From Blastocatellia bacterium (lineage in GTDB: Bacteria > Acidobacteriota > Blastocatellia > UBA7656), in contig CAVXWP010000013.1 of NCBI GenBank assembly GCA_963765495.1, positions 104,641 through 168,640 of the forward strand: a stretch of 64,000 bases of DNA, given 5' to 3'. The notes under the pieces were generated by a model. That model was not told where the DNA came from, did not search any database, and was given only the letters and a program-made list of their open reading frames with translations. Below, one piece after another: positions 60,931 through 64,000 of this stretch. The position numbers were made by a program, and so were the translations under genes. How positions within the stretch are numbered: the stretch's first letter is position 1; every line of letters starts with the position of its first letter.

Positions 60931-61042
60931 ACCCTTTGCCGGTCGCCTTTAGCCTTTCGCGCCCGCGCATGATAGGGGTGACATTTGGGAACATTTTCAG
61001 CCCTGCCCGCAAGCGAGAGAGAATTTCTTGCATGGGGTTTCG

Positions 61043-61286
61043 GGCGTGCATGGAGTATCAATCCGAGAAAGACAGTCATGGAACATCAGCGGGTTTAAGA
61101 CAGTCATGGAACATCAACCCGACTGAGCGCCGATTTTCTCTTTTTTTTAGTTCCAAGTTGTTTCAACCGCGAGCGACTATCATGGCTGATTCGCATTTTC
61201 GGGACTGTCATGACTGATTGATGACCCGGCCACCTTCATGGAGTATCAACGATTTTCAGACATTCATGGAGTATCAAGTCGAAACC
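61043..61286. repeat. 28-bp-period array: seven ~19-bp repeats with 9-bp variable spacers
   Basis: CATG cores at 61049, 61077, 61105 and 61181, 61209, 61237, 61265; consensus GACnnTCATGGArYATCAA. Confidence 0.85.
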
Positions 61287-61296
61287 GGCCGCTTCC

Positions 61297-61594
61297 GGTG
61301 AATCTTTGGTGTACTTTTGGTGAATCCACAACCCGGCCTTTTCTTCTAACTTCCGTCTAACTTTCTTACAACTTCCGGTAACCGCTGGGGCGTGCTTTCT
61401 GCCGTAGTTTTGCCGAACTCTTCCCGAACTTTTACCGAACCCTTTTACCCTGCTTTTGCCTAACTTTTGCCCTACACTTTCGATACACTTTTGCTACACT
61501 CTACAGATACTTTTCTACTACCCTCCCTGACTACTCTTTGCTAACTCTTTGCCAACCTTTTTAGTGTGGAAAATACCGGAAATAAACCGGAAAG
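61297..61594. repeat. Mosaic of ~11-bp-period tandem motifs with changing unit sequence
   Basis: GGTGAATCTTT x3, TCTAACTTCCG x3, TGCCGAACTTT x4, TTTTGCTACAC-like x6, GCTAACTCTTT x3, CCGGAAATA-like x3. Confidence 0.8.
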
Positions 61595-61598
61595 TTGA

Positions 61599-61877
61599 CT
61601 ACTGCACAGTGTCGGAGATTTGTATATCAACATCCTGAGAGAATATGAGCAGATGATTGCAGTCTTCACAGTATCGCCACGGCGCAAGGCGAGCATTTAC
61701 GAACGTGGCGCGCAATTGTGCAGCTCTCGCTTTTGCCCTCGACTCGGCCGCGCCGACCACCGCCCCGGCAGGGTCGAACACAACGAAGCGCCGACCGCAT
61801 AAGCAGCGCAAACTCCACTCGACAGGCGGCCGAGTGCGCGGCGGTGGTATGCCTTGAAGAGGAGGGTAGCCTGCCAT
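61599..61877 (-). CDS. Small Zn-finger-like hypothetical protein
   Basis: CLCG ... CEDC; co-oriented downstream of the Xre gene. Confidence 0.55.
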   Translation of the reverse strand: MAGYPPLQGIPPPRTRPPVEWSLRCLCGRRFVVFDPAGAVVGAAESRAKARAAQLRATFVNARLAPWRYCEDCNHLLIFSQDVDIQISDTVQ

Positions 61878-61890
61878 TGGTATTCACCTG

Positions 61891-62229
61891 TCAGCAATTC
61901 GATTGCACGGAAAGGCCCGCGCTACTTGCGCGCCGCGCTGTTTGCTTTGTCCGGGTAGGCTTGCTCCGCTTGCCTGTAGTGCTTCCGGCGTGTGTGCTTT
62001 CATCGCCCGCGCCGCTATCTACATCAGGAGTGTAATCAAAGAGCATGGCCGGGCCAACCTGTAACACGTTGCAAAGCGTGTTCAATGTGCGAACCGCTAC
62101 CAGTTCGGCTGTGCCGTTCCAGAGTTGATATGCAGTCGTAAGCCCCAGGCCGGTGCGCTTATTCAGTTGAGAAGCATTCTTGATGCCTACTCGCTCCGCT
62201 ACTTCTTTGACTCGCCATTTCATTGCCAT
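61891..62229 (-). CDS. Cro/CI (Xre, HTH_26-like) transcriptional repressor
   Basis: MKWRVKEVAERVGI..ASQLNKRTGL...TLNTLCNVLQVGP..LFDY; AAGGAGG RBS. Confidence 0.88.
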   Translation of the reverse strand: MAMKWRVKEVAERVGIKNASQLNKRTGLGLTTAYQLWNGTAELVAVRTLNTLCNVLQVGPAMLFDYTPDVDSGAGDESTHAGSTTGKRSKPTRTKQTARRASSAGLSVQSNC

Positions 62230-62250
62230 AGCCTCCTTATACCACAAAGC

Positions 62251-62435
62251 TACCATCAATGGTAAATCAAAGCTCAGTATATTACAAGTCCTAATAATCA
62301 AGTCTCGCGTCATTTTCTACCATTAATGGTAAGAAAATTAGAACAATATGCCTATAAAGCGTTAGTTATAATTTCAAGTTTTTATCATCGTTGGTAAAGA
62401 AAATACTTGACTATTTTTACCATCAATGGTAAAAT
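62251..62435. promoter_or_regulatory. Divergent switch region: four palindromic operators and a rightward sigma70 promoter
   Basis: TACCATCAATGGTA (62251-62264, 62418-62431), TACCATTAATGGTA (62318-62331), TATCATCGTTGGTA (62383-62396); TTGACT-N17-TAAAAT at 62407-62435. Confidence 0.85.
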
Positions 62436-62615
62436 CCTTATCAGTTAGTTGGTTGTTTGAAAATTAAGCGCGACGGTTCGAGGGTCTGGTTAGAAAGTTT
62501 GCCGTGCTGAGAACCAACGGGCGCAAGGCGAAGATAAGAATTGATCTTACTCGCTGACAACATCGCAAACACTCACCTTAAACAATTCACTACTTCAAAT
62601 CAGGAGGCTACCAAG

Positions 62616-62738
62616 ATGAAAGAGCAGCGCACGCTTGAGCAGGTTCTTGCAGGTGATATACCGCAAACCGAATTTGAAATGACCGCCGAAGAGTATGACG
62701 AACTCTTACACGGCGACGATCAGGATATGCCCTTCTAA
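62616..62738 (+). CDS. 40-aa acidic peptide ending DDQDMPF
   Basis: Strong RBS CAGGAGG; first ORF with a clear RBS after the rightward promoter. Confidence 0.6.
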   Translation: MKEQRTLEQVLAGDIPQTEFEMTAEEYDELLHGDDQDMPF

Positions 62739-62744
62739 TAGCGA

Positions 62745-62776
62745 AGAGGCTAGATGGTTGCACCCGTCTAGCCTCT
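62745..62776 (+). other. Intergenic hairpin in the early operon
   Basis: AGAGGCTAGATGG-TTGCAC-CCGTCTAGCCTCT. Confidence 0.6.
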
Positions 62777-62818
62777 CGAAACTCTCACCGATTAAAACCA
62801 ATGAAAGGTTAAATCAAG

Positions 62819-63124
62819 ATGAAATCTAACACGACACCGACCGACTTGCAATCACTCACTCAGGATTACTACCCCGCAGCCTACAGCCTCCAACTTCAAG
62901 CCGAAGAGTTAGCCGCTGCTGATGACTTTGAAGGCTACACCGAATGGAGCGAAGACCTTGACGCAGTATGGATGGCCGAACAAGAAAAGCAAGCATGGGA
63001 TGGCGCAAAGCCCGTCACCTTAGACGATGGCGCGCAAGTGCTGGTCAAGAAAGCTTGCGAGCATCCGAAATGCCCGCTTCACAAGTGCGAGAAATCCACA
63101 CGGATAGGAGGGATAGAAATCTAA
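62819..63124 (+). CDS. Acidic hypothetical protein with C-terminal Cys/His cluster
   Basis: GAAAGG RBS; CEHPKCPLHKC; TAATG coupling to the next ORF. Confidence 0.65.
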   Translation: MKSNTTPTDLQSLTQDYYPAAYSLQLQAEELAAADDFEGYTEWSEDLDAVWMAEQEKQAWDGAKPVTLDDGAQVLVKKACEHPKCPLHKCEKSTRIGGIEI

Positions 63125-63407
63125 TGAATCCTATCTGTTGTCTTTTGCACCAAAGAGATTCGACCGGGCCAGCCGGTTGATTATCATCATCCGATCTACA
63201 AGAGCGCCGGGGGCAAAGTGGTTGCCCCCGCTCATAAATCCTGTCATGTCTCTCATCATTCAACATGGCGATTTCCGAGCATTCGGCCGCATCGGTGGCC
63301 AGATCACAGCGACAACAAAGCGATGGGCTTTCAATCTCAAGAACGTAAAAGACCATCCGGCCTATGAACTGAGCAGGCAATTTTATCGAGCGCACTACGC
63401 GCACTAA
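63124..63407 (+). pseudogene. HNH-like small protein, apparently frameshifted twice
   Basis: Joined frames read MNPICCL-CTKEIRPGQPVDYHHPIYKSAGG...HKSCHVSHHS-GDFRAFGRIGG. Confidence 0.55.
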
Positions 63408-63417
63408 TGGAGGGAGC

Positions 63418-63695
63418 ATGAGCGCAGCAAGATTTTCACTCGGAAGGATGGTAGCCACACCGGGCGCACTGGAAGCACTCGCACAGACCGGCCAGGACGC
63501 ATTTGAATTTATCCGCAGACATCGCAAGGGGATTGGGGTTGCTTGTGCGATGAAGACAAGCAAGAAAACGAATTTTCGGTTGATAAAGACCTCAGAATCT
63601 TCTCAGCCTATCGCCTAAAAGATGAAACCAAGATTTGGGTAATAACGGAAGCGGACCGAAGCGCAACGACTGTGCTTTTACCCAGTGAATACTAA
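63418..63695 (+). pseudogene. Conserved plasmid/ICE hypothetical (ITEADRS..T.LLP.EY family), frameshifted in a G-run near 63530
   Basis: FSLGRMVATPGALEAL...RH, then a shifted frame GDWGCLCDEDKQEN...IWVITEADRSATTVLLPSEY. Confidence 0.8.
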
Positions 63696-63747
63696 CCAAA
63701 CAGACCGGGGCAAGGTCAGAGCTTGCCCCACACTCAGGAGAAAGACC

Positions 63748-63997
63748 ATGATTCATCAGATGCCAGATCGATAGAAGCAAACAACAGGAGTTGATAACCG
63801 ATAGTGAAGACCTCGCAATTGTGCGAGAGCAGATCAAAGATGCCGAACTTGACGCGATATGCGAAGCGGCCGACGCTCGCAACGATGAAGGAAAGCCACT
63901 TTACACAAACGATAAACACACGCGAGCGCGCCGCCCGGCAGAGCTTGAGAGCAGATGCACAGTACACACGCGACAGAGAAACCGCCCGAATACTTGA
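63748..63997 (+). pseudogene. Phage-type coiled-coil hypothetical, probably frameshifted
   Basis: CAGGAG RBS + ATG 63748 stops early; an adjacent frame carries ...NDEGKPLYTND. Confidence 0.35.
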
Positions 63998-64000
63998 GCG

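Larger units (their letters stand above)
55461..64000. mobile_element. Phage-satellite/prophage-like integrative element at the tRNA-Met 3' side (extends past window)
   Basis: Integrase pointing toward the tRNA, arm-type repeat GTGGCCCATTTGTGGCCCA (55569-55587), Xis-like, replication, regulator and early genes; lower GC. Confidence 0.85.

Noticed and set aside
61043-61286. CRISPR or TIGR array interpretation of the 28-bp repeats
   Set aside because: 9-bp spacers and degenerate 19-bp repeats do not fit CRISPR, and no cas genes are present. The unit is not the 36-nt dual-spacer TIGR form, and no Nop-domain gene is visible. Kept as an unexplained repeat.

Overview
The first ~47.8 kb is GC-rich chromosomal backbone of a probable Acidobacteriota (Blastocatellia-like) bacterium; the taxon is inferred from gene content only. 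Genes include a Ser/Thr kinase, feoAB with Fur boxes, tilS-hpt-ftsH, dtd, nadK, a rhomboid, an ABC exporter, queF, two DNA glycosylases, pepP, aroB, M3/M16 peptidase homologues, two tandem OmpA-domain outer-membrane proteins, gdh, an acyl-CoA dehydrogenase, a P-type ATPase and an MFS/spermidine-synthase-TPR fusion. The backbone also holds one intact ISAs1 copy with a 10-bp target duplication and many short inverted tandem-repeat hairpin elements, one inserted in frame in tilS. The last ~16 kb is accessory DNA on both sides of a single tRNA-Met(CAT). On the left is a decayed, integrase-less 7.6-kb island bounded by a duplication of the tRNA 5' half. On the right is a phage-satellite/prophage-like element that runs off the window: frameshifted tyrosine integrase, Xis-like HTH, DnaB-N/AAA replication gene, regulators, a CI/Cro-type switch with four operators, and small early genes. 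The most unusual signals are (1) a ~750-bp non-coding motif array in the right element, with 28-bp-period repeats followed by a mosaic of different 11-bp-period units; (2) two-sided use of one tRNA as an integration site; (3) an Hpt lacking its catalytic residues; and (4) a 40-aa peptide ending in an SSB-tail-like motif. All calls come from reading the sequence; no searches were run.
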